In this document: positions 48,950 through 58,856 of the stretch, in pieces
Layout of the letters: each line of letters starts with the position of its first letter
Numbering within the stretch: position 1 is the stretch's first letter
From: a virus
Lineage: Duplodnaviria; Caudoviricetes
Strand: one strand, 5' to 3'
IMG/VR virus record: IMGVR_UViG_3300030419_004603
Span: 1-63,987 of that record
Length of the DNA stretch: 63,987 nt
Translations under genes and position numbers: made by a program
The notes under the pieces: model-generated
What the model was told of the DNA's origin: nothing
The model's database searches: none
What the model saw: the letters and a program-made list of their open reading frames with translations, nothing else

Positions 48950-51496
48950 ATGTCAAAAATTGTTATAACAGGTGGTTTAGGATATATTGGAACACAGCTA
49001 TCCAAACTATACATAGAAGAAAATTTATCACACGATGTTCATATCGTTGATAGAAAATTTTTACCTGAAAGAGTAAAAGAATTAAAATCTTGGGGATTTA
49101 AATATCATCAATCAGATTTACTTAATAAAGAATTCTTTGAGGATTTACTCAAAGATGCGGATATAGTTTATCATCTTGGTGGTGTTACTGATGTTGCTTA
49201 TGTGAAATCTGAATCGAATGATGACCAAGACAAAGAGATTCGTGCAGTTGGAGTTGAGGGAACGAATAATATAATTGAGTCGGTTGGTGAAAACACAAAA
49301 GTTATCTTTCCATCTACTCATGTGGTGTATGAAGGATTTGGTGAAACTGCATTTGATATTGAGGAGTCAGTAGAAACTTGTCCTGTATTAACCTATTCGA
49401 AGGGTAAAGTACAATCAGAAGAAGATTTAGAAAACTCATCAGTTAATTATGTGGTCTTAAGGTTAGGTTCAGTATATGGTTATGGTGGTGATTCAATGAG
49501 AATCAATATAATGCCAAATCTATTTTCTAAGATGGCAGCAAATAATCAAACCATAAAACTATTCGGTGGTGGTGTTCAATGGAAATCACTTGTGTCATTA
49601 TTTGATGTAGCAAGATGTATGAAGTTTATGGCAGAACGAGATGATATTAAAAGACAAGTATTTCACTTGAGAAACGAAAACATGACCGTAAAAGATGTGG
49701 CGAATATTTGTAAACTACATAAAAGTGATTTAGAGATAATTGAAACTGATGATGAGATACCAAATAAAGGTTACACATTATCAAATCAGAAATTACTTGA
49801 TGTGGGTTTTGAGTTTCAAAATAATATCAATGATGACATAAAGGAAATGATTGACTCGTGGACAGATACTCCAATCTCAAGAGATGTATTGGAATATAAG
49901 TTTGATGGTGGTAAAGAGTTCATAGATGATAGAGGGAGAATAACTAATTATGAATTACCACAGCCTATTAATTGGATTGGTTGGATTGAATCTAAAAAGG
50001 GTACGGTGAGAGCAAATCATTGGCATCCAATACAACAACAAAAGTGTATCTTGATTAGTGGTAGATATATTAGTGTGTTCCAAGATTTAAAAACACCTAA
50101 CGCTCCAATGACCACACAACTTATGGAGCCAGGTGATGTGGTGGTAACTGAACCTTTAGTTGCACATACAATGGTATTTCTTGAAGATTCGTTATTTCTG
50201 AATCTCGTTAATGGTGAAAGAGAACATGAGAACTATGGTAAACATACATTACCTTACGAGTTAGTAGACGAGCGGATGAGAGTAGAATTACTTGAAAACT
50301 ACAAGGCAGAATGTAGATGTTGTGGTAATACAAGATTAAAGTGTGTGGTTTCACTTGGTAATTCACCATTAGCAAATAACTTGTTAAATGATGAGAACCA
50401 AAAAGATGAGTTATATCCATTACAGATGAACTATTGTCCAAATTGTCACAATGTTCAATTGTCTCATTCAGTTCCAAGAGAGAAGATGTTTAACGATTAT
50501 TTGTATGTATCATCCACTACAGAAGTATTTAAAACTCACTTCAACGACGCAGCAAGAAATCTTACAAGAAAATTTGGTTTGGATGAAAATTCATTTGTGG
50601 TTGATATCGGTAGTAATGATGGAATATTTCTCAATCCACTAAAATGGAAAGGTGTAAAAGTTTGTGGTGTAGAACCTGCTAAAAACCTAGCAAAATTAGC
50701 AAACGATAATGGAATACCGACAATCAATGGATATTTTGAAGACGATGAAACAATTGAACAAATCAAACAAGAAGCAGATTTAGTGACTGCATTTAATGTA
50801 TTCGCTCATTCCGACAAGTTAGAGCAAATAACACGAAATGTATTTAAAATATTAAAACCTGAAGGACAATTTGTAATTGAGGTTCAGTACCTACTTGATA
50901 CATTGAAAGATGTTACTTTTGATAATATTTATCATGAACATTACAATTATTGGAGTGTATTATCACTTAGTAATTTTTTCAAAAGATTGGGGTTACACAT
51001 AACTGATGTTGAACATAAGAAAACACATGGTGGTTCTATCAGAGTTTTTATTGGTAGTCAATCACAAGATGTTAAGCAATCTGTGTCTGAATTTTTACAA
51101 AAAGAAAAAGAATTTGGGTTGGACAAACTTGAAACATATAAGGAGTTTTCTAAAAAAATAGAAAAGTGTAAAGAAGATTCAGTTTCAAAAATACAAAGTC
51201 TAAAAGATGAGGGTAAATCAATCGTTGGTTATGGTTCACCAGCAAAAGCCACAACTGTTTTGAATTATTATGGTATAGATAGTAATTCAATCGATTACAT
51301 TATAGAAGATAATGAAATGAAACATGGAAAGTTATTACCTGGTGTAAGAATACCAATACAAGGTAAAAATGGTCAGTTGGATGAAAATCCACCTGATAAT
51401 GTTTTGGTATTGGCTTGGAACTTCTTTGATTATATCAAGAAAAATAATCAAGAGTTAGTCAATAGGGGTTGTGAATTTATAACACTAAAAGATTAA
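48950..51496 (+). CDS. tri-domain fusion: NAD-dependent epimerase/reductase + cupin + NDP-sugar C-methyltransferase
   Basis: GGLGYIG/YSKGK; DDRG..RANHWH..AHTM; CRCC..PLAN..CPNC..VQL, DIGSNDG, IYHEH, HGGS, GYGSPAKA, LAWNF. Confidence 0.87.
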   Translation: MSKIVITGGLGYIGTQLSKLYIEENLSHDVHIVDRKFLPERVKELKSWGFKYHQSDLLNKEFFEDLLKDADIVYHLGGVTDVAYVKSESNDDQDKEIRAVGVEGTNNIIESVGENTKVIFPSTHVVYEGFGETAFDIEESVETCPVLTYSKGKVQSEEDLENSSVNYVVLRLGSVYGYGGDSMRINIMPNLFSKMAANNQTIKLFGGGVQWKSLVSLFDVARCMKFMAERDDIKRQVFHLRNENMTVKDVANICKLHKSDLEIIETDDEIPNKGYTLSNQKLLDVGFEFQNNINDDIKEMIDSWTDTPISRDVLEYKFDGGKEFIDDRGRITNYELPQPINWIGWIESKKGTVRANHWHPIQQQKCILISGRYISVFQDLKTPNAPMTTQLMEPGDVVVTEPLVAHTMVFLEDSLFLNLVNGEREHENYGKHTLPYELVDERMRVELLENYKAECRCCGNTRLKCVVSLGNSPLANNLLNDENQKDELYPLQMNYCPNCHNVQLSHSVPREKMFNDYLYVSSTTEVFKTHFNDAARNLTRKFGLDENSFVVDIGSNDGIFLNPLKWKGVKVCGVEPAKNLAKLANDNGIPTINGYFEDDETIEQIKQEADLVTAFNVFAHSDKLEQITRNVFKILKPEGQFVIEVQYLLDTLKDVTFDNIYHEHYNYWSVLSLSNFFKRLGLHITDVEHKKTHGGSIRVFIGSQSQDVKQSVSEFLQKEKEFGLDKLETYKEFSKKIEKCKEDSVSKIQSLKDEGKSIVGYGSPAKATTVLNYYGIDSNSIDYIIEDNEMKHGKLLPGVRIPIQGKNGQLDENPPDNVLVLAWNFFDYIKKNNQELVNRGCEFITLKD

Positions 51497-52350
51497 TGAA
51501 AACACAAGTTATAGCAGAAATAGGAATCAATCACAATGGTGATATGGATATCACTAAAAAATTGATTGATATATCAGTTATTGCTGGATGTGATGTAGTC
51601 AAGTTTCAAAAAAGAAATCCTGATGTGTGTGTACCTGAACACCAAAAAAGTGTGATGAGAAAGACACCTTGGGGTGAGATGACATACTTAGAATACAAAC
51701 ACAAAATAGAGTTTGGTAAAGATGAATATGATGAAATAGACGAATATTGTAAAGGAAGAATTCAATGGACTGCATCACCTTGGGATTTAGATAGTGTTGA
51801 ATTTTTAGAACAATATGATTTACCATTTGTGAAAATACCCTCAGCTTTACTTACTGATTACAAGTTAATCAAAGAGTGTGCACGAAGATATGACAAACTT
51901 ATATTATCTACTGGTATGAGCACAATAGATGAGATAGATGATGCGATAATTGCGATGGGTGGTGAGATTCGTAATTATGATTCACACATGAGACAATGTG
52001 AATATACACTCCTACATTGTAACTCATCATATCCCGCTAAAGTTAATGAGTTAAATTTAAGTTGTATCCAAACACTTAAGGATAGATATAAATGTGAAGT
52101 TGGATATAGTGGTCATGAATATGGATTGACAACAACGATAGCATCTATCTGTTTTGGGGCAACCGTTATAGAAAGACACATAACATTAGACAAATCAATG
52201 TGGGGAACAGACCAAATGGCATCAGTTGAACCACATGGATTGATTAAATTAGTTCGTGGTATTAGGGAACTTGAAAATGCGATAGGTAATGGAAATAAAG
52301 TAGTTACGGAAAGTGAAATACCAATCAAAGATAAATTGAGGAAGTCATGA
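51496..52350 (+). CDS. neuB: nonulosonic (sialic) acid synthase, short form
   Basis: IAEIGINHNGD, VKFQKR, KIPS, ILSTGM, LHCNSSYP, GYSGHE, IERHITLD; no C-terminal SAF domain. Confidence 0.92.
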   Translation: MKTQVIAEIGINHNGDMDITKKLIDISVIAGCDVVKFQKRNPDVCVPEHQKSVMRKTPWGEMTYLEYKHKIEFGKDEYDEIDEYCKGRIQWTASPWDLDSVEFLEQYDLPFVKIPSALLTDYKLIKECARRYDKLILSTGMSTIDEIDDAIIAMGGEIRNYDSHMRQCEYTLLHCNSSYPAKVNELNLSCIQTLKDRYKCEVGYSGHEYGLTTTIASICFGATVIERHITLDKSMWGTDQMASVEPHGLIKLVRGIRELENAIGNGNKVVTESEIPIKDKLRKS

Positions 52351-53162
52351 TAAATTTAGATGATTATCGTTGTGGTTATGTAGAAAATCATTGTATTTAC
52401 AATGAGGTTGAAGACGAAAAGGTGACAGACTTTTACAACTATTATAGTCAAAATGGTGAGGATGGTGTATTAGAAAAAATATTCGAGATTCTCGATATTA
52501 AAAAAGGTACATTTGTAAATGGTGGATGTGATGATATACATGACCATAGCAATGTAAGAAGGTTAGTGTCAACTTATGGGTGGGATGGATTGTTTATAGA
52601 ACCTAATGAAAAAATGTTATCTGAAGGGAAAGAAAATTTAGAAAATGATGAAAGAATCAATAATACAAATTTTAATTTTCATAATGGTTTTTTGTCAATA
52701 AATAATGATGACGAGAGAATAACCGATATTATAGGTGACTATTATATAGGAGAAACACAATTTGATTTATTAACCTTACACATAGACTCATATGAATATT
52801 GGGTATTAGAAGATTTTTTGAGTGGACACTATGATGCAAAAGTTATTTTAGTTGGGTATAATTTTAGTAAAAGTGGTTCAGTAACAGCACCAAAAGATTG
52901 TAGTCCTAAGATTGGTCACAATCAAATAAATGATAATTTTTTCTCAGCATCGGCACCCGCCTTGAATAAATTAGCAAAAAAATATGGATTTGAATTGGTC
53001 AGTATTTGTAAACCTAATAATCTAATTTTTATAAATCAATATTACAATGAAGGTCGTTTTAAAGTTTATGAACCATTAAAGGAAGAAGATTATTATTGGG
53101 AAGGAGATAAATTTACAAATAAAAGAAGAACAAATATAACAGAAGGTTGGGTAAGTATATGA
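52347..53162 (+). CDS. FkbM-like methyltransferase, divergent
   Basis: YSQNGEDGVL, GWDGLFIE, LHIDSYEYW, SAS..AL..LAKKYG. Confidence 0.7.
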   Translation: MINLDDYRCGYVENHCIYNEVEDEKVTDFYNYYSQNGEDGVLEKIFEILDIKKGTFVNGGCDDIHDHSNVRRLVSTYGWDGLFIEPNEKMLSEGKENLENDERINNTNFNFHNGFLSINNDDERITDIIGDYYIGETQFDLLTLHIDSYEYWVLEDFLSGHYDAKVILVGYNFSKSGSVTAPKDCSPKIGHNQINDNFFSASAPALNKLAKKYGFELVSICKPNNLIFINQYYNEGRFKVYEPLKEEDYYWEGDKFTNKRRTNITEGWVSI

Positions 53163-54055
53163 TTTTAGTCACAGGTGGAAGTGGATTAGTCGGAAAACAT
53201 TTAAAGGATGTATTACCAAACGCGGTCTATGTATCATCAAGAGATTTTGATTTGATGGATTTAAATAGAGTAGATGATATGATGGCTTTTTTTAAACCTA
53301 ATATAGTTATTCATTTAGCAGCAAGAGTTGGAAACTTGTTTGATAATATGACATATCCAGTTGATTATTTGGAACAAAATATTACAATGTCAAGTAATGT
53401 TTTGAGAAAATGTCACGAGTATAATGTTGAAAGGGTAGTATCAATGTTAAGTACTTGTATATATCCTGATATAGTTGAGACTTACCCCATGACCGAAAAA
53501 GATTTATTTAACGGGCCACCACCACCAACAAATTTTTCATATGGTATAGCAAAAAGATGTATGGCTACCCACATCGACTCTTATGTAAAACAATACAATA
53601 AGAAGTGGTCTTATATGATTCCTTGTAACTTGTACGGAGAATATGATAAATATGGTGAACATCATAGTCACTTTGTTTCAGCACTAATCAAAAAGATTTA
53701 CGAATCCAATGAAACCCTAAGTTTATGGGGAAGTGGTACACCACTTAGACAATATATGTATGGTGGTGATTTGGCAAGGATTATAAAATATGTTATTGAA
53801 AATGATATTAATGAAAATTTAAATGTTGCACCAAAAGAGGTCTACACAATCCGACAAATGGCAGAAATAGGTAAAAAGGCATGTGATAAAGATTTTCTAA
53901 ATTTAGAATTTGATAAAACTAAGCCTGATGGTCAATTTAGAAAAGATGTTGATTCGTCTAAACTTTTGTCTTTCTTAAGAGATTTCAAATTCACACCTTT
54001 GGATATAGGTATAAGGAGAGTTTATGATAACTTTAGTCAAAGATACCATAGATAA
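53159..54055 (+). CDS. colC: second Fcl-like reductase, probable GDP-colitose synthase
   Basis: TGGSGLVG, STCIYP, YGIAK, PCNLYG, KPDG; overlaps the colD-like gene. Confidence 0.7.
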   Translation: MILVTGGSGLVGKHLKDVLPNAVYVSSRDFDLMDLNRVDDMMAFFKPNIVIHLAARVGNLFDNMTYPVDYLEQNITMSSNVLRKCHEYNVERVVSMLSTCIYPDIVETYPMTEKDLFNGPPPPTNFSYGIAKRCMATHIDSYVKQYNKKWSYMIPCNLYGEYDKYGEHHSHFVSALIKKIYESNETLSLWGSGTPLRQYMYGGDLARIIKYVIENDINENLNVAPKEVYTIRQMAEIGKKACDKDFLNLEFDKTKPDGQFRKDVDSSKLLSFLRDFKFTPLDIGIRRVYDNFSQRYHR

Positions 54056-55172
54056 ATCAGATATAGATAGATTAATCGAATGGTTGAAAACTTATCCACG
54101 ATTAACAAAAGGTGAAGTGACATTACAATTAGAGGAAAAGTTTTCGAAGTGGTTGGGTAGGAAATATTCAGTATTCGTTAATTCAGGTTCATCTGCAAAT
54201 TTATTGATGTTATCGGCATTACAACAAGGTGATTATCTTAAGAACAACAAGGTGGTGGTTCCATCTACATCTTGGGCAACAGACCTCGCCCCAGTTATTC
54301 AATTGGGTATGGAACCATTATTATGTGATTCTAACTTAAAAGACTTATCTGTTGATTTACTACACTTAGAAGAAATATTCAAAGAAGAATCACCATCAGT
54401 ATTAATGTTTGTATCTGTTTTGGGTTTAGTACCTGACATGGAATCTTTAGTCGATTTGTGTAGTAAATACGATGTAATATTATTAGAGGATACCTGTGAG
54501 TCAATGGGTTGTGAATTTGATAATAAGAAGTTAGGAACATTTGGTAAAATGTCGAGTTTCTCTACATTTTTCGGACACCACATATCAACAATTGAGGGTG
54601 GTATCATTGGGACTGATGATTTCAAACTTTATGAATTATTAAAATCCATAAGGAGTCATGGTTGGGATAGAGATTTAAGTAAAGATACACAATTGAAATT
54701 ACAGAAAGATTGGGATGTTTCTGAATTTGATGCCATGTATACTTTTTATTATTCTGGTTTCAATATGAGGTCTACTGATTTACAGGCATATATAGGACTA
54801 TCTCAAATTGATAAAATTGATGATTGGGGGAAAAGGAGAGAACATAATTACTATGAATACCAAAACTTAGTAAAGAATGATTATTGGAAACCAACATCTT
54901 GGTTGGATTCATTGACATCAAATTTTGCATATCCTATCATTCACCCTAATAGAGAAAATATAGTTAGAAAATTACTTGATAATGGTGTCGAAGTCAGGCC
55001 TATGATTTGTGGGTCAATGGGTACTCAACCTTTTTATGTTAAAAAGTATGGTAGAGTTGAACTACCAAAGGTATCTGTAATAGATGAGTTCGGATGTTAT
55101 GTACCAAATAACCCATCACTAACTCAAGATGATATTGTAAAGGTATCTGATTTAATTAATTCGGAGATATAA
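54024..55172 (+). CDS. colD: GDP-4-keto-6-deoxymannose 3-dehydratase (ColD-like)
   Basis: VNSGSSANLL, EDTCESMG, STFFGHHISTIEGG (His in place of the Schiff-base Lys), RSHGWDR. Confidence 0.82.
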   Translation: MITLVKDTIDKSDIDRLIEWLKTYPRLTKGEVTLQLEEKFSKWLGRKYSVFVNSGSSANLLMLSALQQGDYLKNNKVVVPSTSWATDLAPVIQLGMEPLLCDSNLKDLSVDLLHLEEIFKEESPSVLMFVSVLGLVPDMESLVDLCSKYDVILLEDTCESMGCEFDNKKLGTFGKMSSFSTFFGHHISTIEGGIIGTDDFKLYELLKSIRSHGWDRDLSKDTQLKLQKDWDVSEFDAMYTFYYSGFNMRSTDLQAYIGLSQIDKIDDWGKRREHNYYEYQNLVKNDYWKPTSWLDSLTSNFAYPIIHPNRENIVRKLLDNGVEVRPMICGSMGTQPFYVKKYGRVELPKVSVIDEFGCYVPNNPSLTQDDIVKVSDLINSEI

Positions 55173-55834
55173 TGAAAAAGTTTACATATGATACAGACAG
55201 ATACAAATTCCGTGAGCTAGTTTCGGAAATTTATGATGTTGAAAATTTAGAAAAAATACACGAAATAAAACCTAATATGGTTAGGGATGAGTACAAAAAA
55301 ATGTACATTGATACCGAGAACACTACAGACTTCCATGATTTATTTTACAAGAGATTAAATGATAATTGGACTGAAATGTATGAGTCTTATGAAAGGTTTA
55401 TAAAAGAAGAAATACTACCTATAATGGATGAAGAATTCCATTATCAATATCTTCCATCATTTCGTATTCAGTTACCAGACGAGAACCAAGCCGTTCATAC
55501 TTGGCATTGTGATTCTGACCCGTTACACAAACATCCAAAGGGTGAAATAAATATTTGGTTACCATTGACGAAGTGTTATAATACAAACACAATGTGGATT
55601 GAATCAGAACCATTTAAATTAGATTTTCAACCATTAGAGGGAGATTATGGGAATTTTTGGACTAATAATGGTAATGTTTGTATGCATGGAAACAAACCAA
55701 ATGTAGAGGTTGATACGAGAATGAGTTTTGATTTTCGAATAATTCCTCTATCAAAGTATGACCCAAATTACTCGGTCACATCAGCCAACACTACGAGTAA
55801 ATTTGTAGTTGGTGGATACTACAAAGAGTTATAG
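55172..55834 (+). CDS. Fe(II)/2OG dioxygenase (PhyH/StrG-like)
   Basis: YQYLPSFRI, WHCD, EINIWLPLT, HGNKPN, TRMSFDFR. Confidence 0.75.
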   Translation: MKKFTYDTDRYKFRELVSEIYDVENLEKIHEIKPNMVRDEYKKMYIDTENTTDFHDLFYKRLNDNWTEMYESYERFIKEEILPIMDEEFHYQYLPSFRIQLPDENQAVHTWHCDSDPLHKHPKGEINIWLPLTKCYNTNTMWIESEPFKLDFQPLEGDYGNFWTNNGNVCMHGNKPNVEVDTRMSFDFRIIPLSKYDPNYSVTSANTTSKFVVGGYYKEL

Positions 55835-56466
55835 TGAAAGTAGTATCGGTTATACCCGCACGAGGTGGTAGTAAAGGAATTCCACTAAAGAACATAGTAG
55901 AACTTGGTGGTAAACCATTAATATCATATACCATAGAGGCATCCAAACAATCCAATGTAGATGAAACTTGGGTATCCACAGATTCAATGAAGATAGGAAC
56001 AATTGCTGGAGCATTTGGTGCTAAGATTGTATTGAGACCAGATGATATATCAACAGACACTTCACAATCAGAGGAAGCCCTACTCCACGCCGCCCGTGAT
56101 GGAGACTTTGATGTGATGGTTTTTATTCAACCAACTTCACCCTTGATAAATTCGGAAGATATAAATAAAGGTTTAGAAATGATGAATGAGTATGATTCTG
56201 TTTTTAGTGTTACCAAAGAACATTGGATTCCGAGATGGACAATGGATGTAAAGCCATTTGAATGGGAAATTGACAATAGACCTATGAGACAAGACAAACC
56301 AGAAACCTATATTGAAAATGGTGCATTTTATATTACCAAAAGAAAGAATTTGTTAGAATCTAAATTAAGGTATAGTGGTAAGATAGGTGTGGTGGAGATG
56401 CCACTTTCAAGGAGTTTTCAAATAGATACAAAAGAAGATTTAGAATTAATAGAGAAATTAATATGA
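55834..56466 (+). CDS. neuA: CMP-nonulosonate (acylneuraminate) synthetase
   Basis: IPARGGSKGIPLKN, VSTD, QPTSP, ENGAFY, QIDTKED. Confidence 0.92.
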   Translation: MKVVSVIPARGGSKGIPLKNIVELGGKPLISYTIEASKQSNVDETWVSTDSMKIGTIAGAFGAKIVLRPDDISTDTSQSEEALLHAARDGDFDVMVFIQPTSPLINSEDINKGLEMMNEYDSVFSVTKEHWIPRWTMDVKPFEWEIDNRPMRQDKPETYIENGAFYITKRKNLLESKLRYSGKIGVVEMPLSRSFQIDTKEDLELIEKLI

Positions 56467-57407
56467 ATTTTGTAGTATTATATTGTATTAAAAATCAGTA
56501 CGAAATGATTGAGGAGTATGTATTCAAGCATTCAACCTGTGACTTTTCAAAGGTTGATATATTAATTTATGATGATGGTTCGGAATCCGAACAGATAAAC
56601 AAACTTAAAAAATTATGTGATGATTTTAAAAATATATCTTGGATTAATGAAAATGAAGAACTAACTACCAACCCAGTTTTATCATCTTTTGAGAGAGCAG
56701 ACAACTATTTAAATATAGTAGATAAAAAAGTTGATTGGATATTATTTTTTGAAAATGATGTATTTCCATTTCAAGAAAATTTTTGGGATGAATTAGAAAT
56801 AAGATTACAAGAAAGTAAATTCATTGAACAAGTTGGTTTCATCGGTTTTAGTAGCTATCAAAATTTTTCTATTGGTGTTAACAGAAGTAATGGTAGTCCA
56901 ACAATAGGTAGGGGATGTATCTTAGATGAGATATTAAACCCACCTCATTCAGGTTGGTACAAGGATTTACCAAATGAATGGTACGATACCGATTACTTTG
57001 TAGTTGAGGTTCCAAACTGGCAAAGTGTTTGTGTCAATAGAAAGTTATTCAGAGAAAATATTGAAATAGATTATAACCACGAAGATAGGTTATTGTCGGT
57101 AGATTCCGCTTCACATCAGTTTATGATTAAGGGAATTTATAATATCGTAATACCTAAGTTATCAGTTTATCACGATAGTGGAGAATTGAAGAAAAATATT
57201 AACTTGAAGTCTGATTCCAATTACTCAAGGGGTGATATTTCACATAGAGTTTTTAAAGACACATGGGGTTGGTCTTGGGGTTTTAGAAATCAAAATTTAA
57301 GACAAGAATTTAATATGAATTTTAATTTATATACAAATAGTATACAGAGTAAAATGTTCAATATGAAAGTATCAGATGGGCCGAAAAGGATAGAAGACTT
57401 TGAGTAA
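56463..57407 (+). CDS. GT2-like glycosyltransferase
   Basis: ILIYDDGS, WILFFEND, VYH. Confidence 0.68.
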   Translation: MNFVVLYCIKNQYEMIEEYVFKHSTCDFSKVDILIYDDGSESEQINKLKKLCDDFKNISWINENEELTTNPVLSSFERADNYLNIVDKKVDWILFFENDVFPFQENFWDELEIRLQESKFIEQVGFIGFSSYQNFSIGVNRSNGSPTIGRGCILDEILNPPHSGWYKDLPNEWYDTDYFVVEVPNWQSVCVNRKLFRENIEIDYNHEDRLLSVDSASHQFMIKGIYNIVIPKLSVYHDSGELKKNINLKSDSNYSRGDISHRVFKDTWGWSWGFRNQNLRQEFNMNFNLYTNSIQSKMFNMKVSDGPKRIEDFE

Positions 57408-58089
57408 AGTTATCTATACTGCCATAATTGGTGGGTATGATGAGTTAGTTGAACCGAGTTATAAACCTGAAGGTTGGGAATTTGTATGTTTTTCTGATAG
57501 AGAACTCAAGTCTGATACTTGGGAAGTTAGACCTACATTACCTTTATATACCGATAACACAAGAACTGCTCGTAAACATAAATTATTGGCACATAGGTTA
57601 TTTCCCAAACATGAGTATAGTTTATGGATTGATGGTAACATTCAAGTTGTAGGTGATGTTAATAAATTACTACCATATTTGGATAATTGTAATTATTCGA
57701 CCTATGACCACTCACAAAATCAATTAGACCCAAGAAGTTGTATTTATGATGAGGGAAAAACAATTTTAGATTTGGGTATGAAAAATGGTGGGAATTACAA
57801 AGACGACCCAAATATAATATCAAGACAAATGAAAAGATATCGTGACGAAGGATATCCAGCACAAAATGGATTGGTGGTTCAAATGGAAGTTTTGAGGAGA
57901 CATAATCAAGTGGATGTACTTGATGCTATGGAACATCATTGGGTTGAGTTAAAGTATAATAGTAAGAGAGAACAATTAAGTTTTAACTACATAGCGTGGA
58001 AAAATAATTTAAAATTTAGTTATATTCAAGGTGATTCAAGACACAATGAATATTTTTTAAATACTGGAGCACACAAAGGTAAGAAATGA
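57400..58089 (+). CDS. DUF616 (TOD1/MUCI70-like) glycosyltransferase-like protein
   Basis: IYTAIIGGYDEL, FVCFSD, RKHKLLAHRLFP, SLWIDGN, REQLSFNY. TTG start. Confidence 0.8.
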   Translation: MSKVIYTAIIGGYDELVEPSYKPEGWEFVCFSDRELKSDTWEVRPTLPLYTDNTRTARKHKLLAHRLFPKHEYSLWIDGNIQVVGDVNKLLPYLDNCNYSTYDHSQNQLDPRSCIYDEGKTILDLGMKNGGNYKDDPNIISRQMKRYRDEGYPAQNGLVVQMEVLRRHNQVDVLDAMEHHWVELKYNSKREQLSFNYIAWKNNLKFSYIQGDSRHNEYFLNTGAHKGKK

Positions 58090-58856
58090 AAAATGTTATA
58101 TTCATACCAAATATAGACTTGGGTGATGGTAGAAATAAATGTTATCAATATTCGGTAGATAGTTGGAGTCATTTTGCCAAGAAACATGATTGTGAGTTAT
58201 TAGTTTGGGAAGATTTACTATGTCCAGTTGAACAAATGAAAATTACTTGGCAAAGATACTATATGTTTGATATTTTGGATTCGAATAATATAGATTACGA
58301 CCAAATACTGATAGTAGATGCTGATACAATTGTTCATCCTAATTGTCCAAACTTTTTTGAACTAACTAACAATCAATATAGTGTTGTCAAAAATAATGGA
58401 AGTTTCGAGTGGACAAGAAGGTCAATGGATGGATTTTCTAAGTTATTGTTTGATGGTAATGTTCCATTTGATGTTTGGGATTATTTCAATTGTGGATTTC
58501 AAATTGTGAATAAATCACATAGAAAATTTTATGAGTTTGTTAAGAAATATTATGAAACCAATAGATTACAAGTACAATCTGCTATTGAACAAGTAAGAGC
58601 AGGAACAGACCAAACCCTTTTAAATTTCTTAGTCAGGCAACAAGGAATTCAACTAAACTATTTACCTATAGAATATAACTTACAAGACCTTTATAGTAAA
58701 CAACTTTTGTATATTCATGATAATTGTTGGTGGCCAGATGAGTTGATATTTGAAAATTGTGGTTGGGTGTTTCACTTTAATGCAATACCTCAAAACCCAA
58801 AGGGTCGAGATGCAAATTATTGGTTAGAAAGAACATATAAGGAGTTTTATAAATGA
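58086..58856 (+). CDS. GT-A glycosyltransferase (GT8/GT34-like)
   Basis: ILIVDADT, YFNCGF, DQTLLNF, YN, FHF. Confidence 0.8.
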   Translation: MKNVIFIPNIDLGDGRNKCYQYSVDSWSHFAKKHDCELLVWEDLLCPVEQMKITWQRYYMFDILDSNNIDYDQILIVDADTIVHPNCPNFFELTNNQYSVVKNNGSFEWTRRSMDGFSKLLFDGNVPFDVWDYFNCGFQIVNKSHRKFYEFVKKYYETNRLQVQSAIEQVRAGTDQTLLNFLVRQQGIQLNYLPIEYNLQDLYSKQLLYIHDNCWWPDELIFENCGWVFHFNAIPQNPKGRDANYWLERTYKEFYK

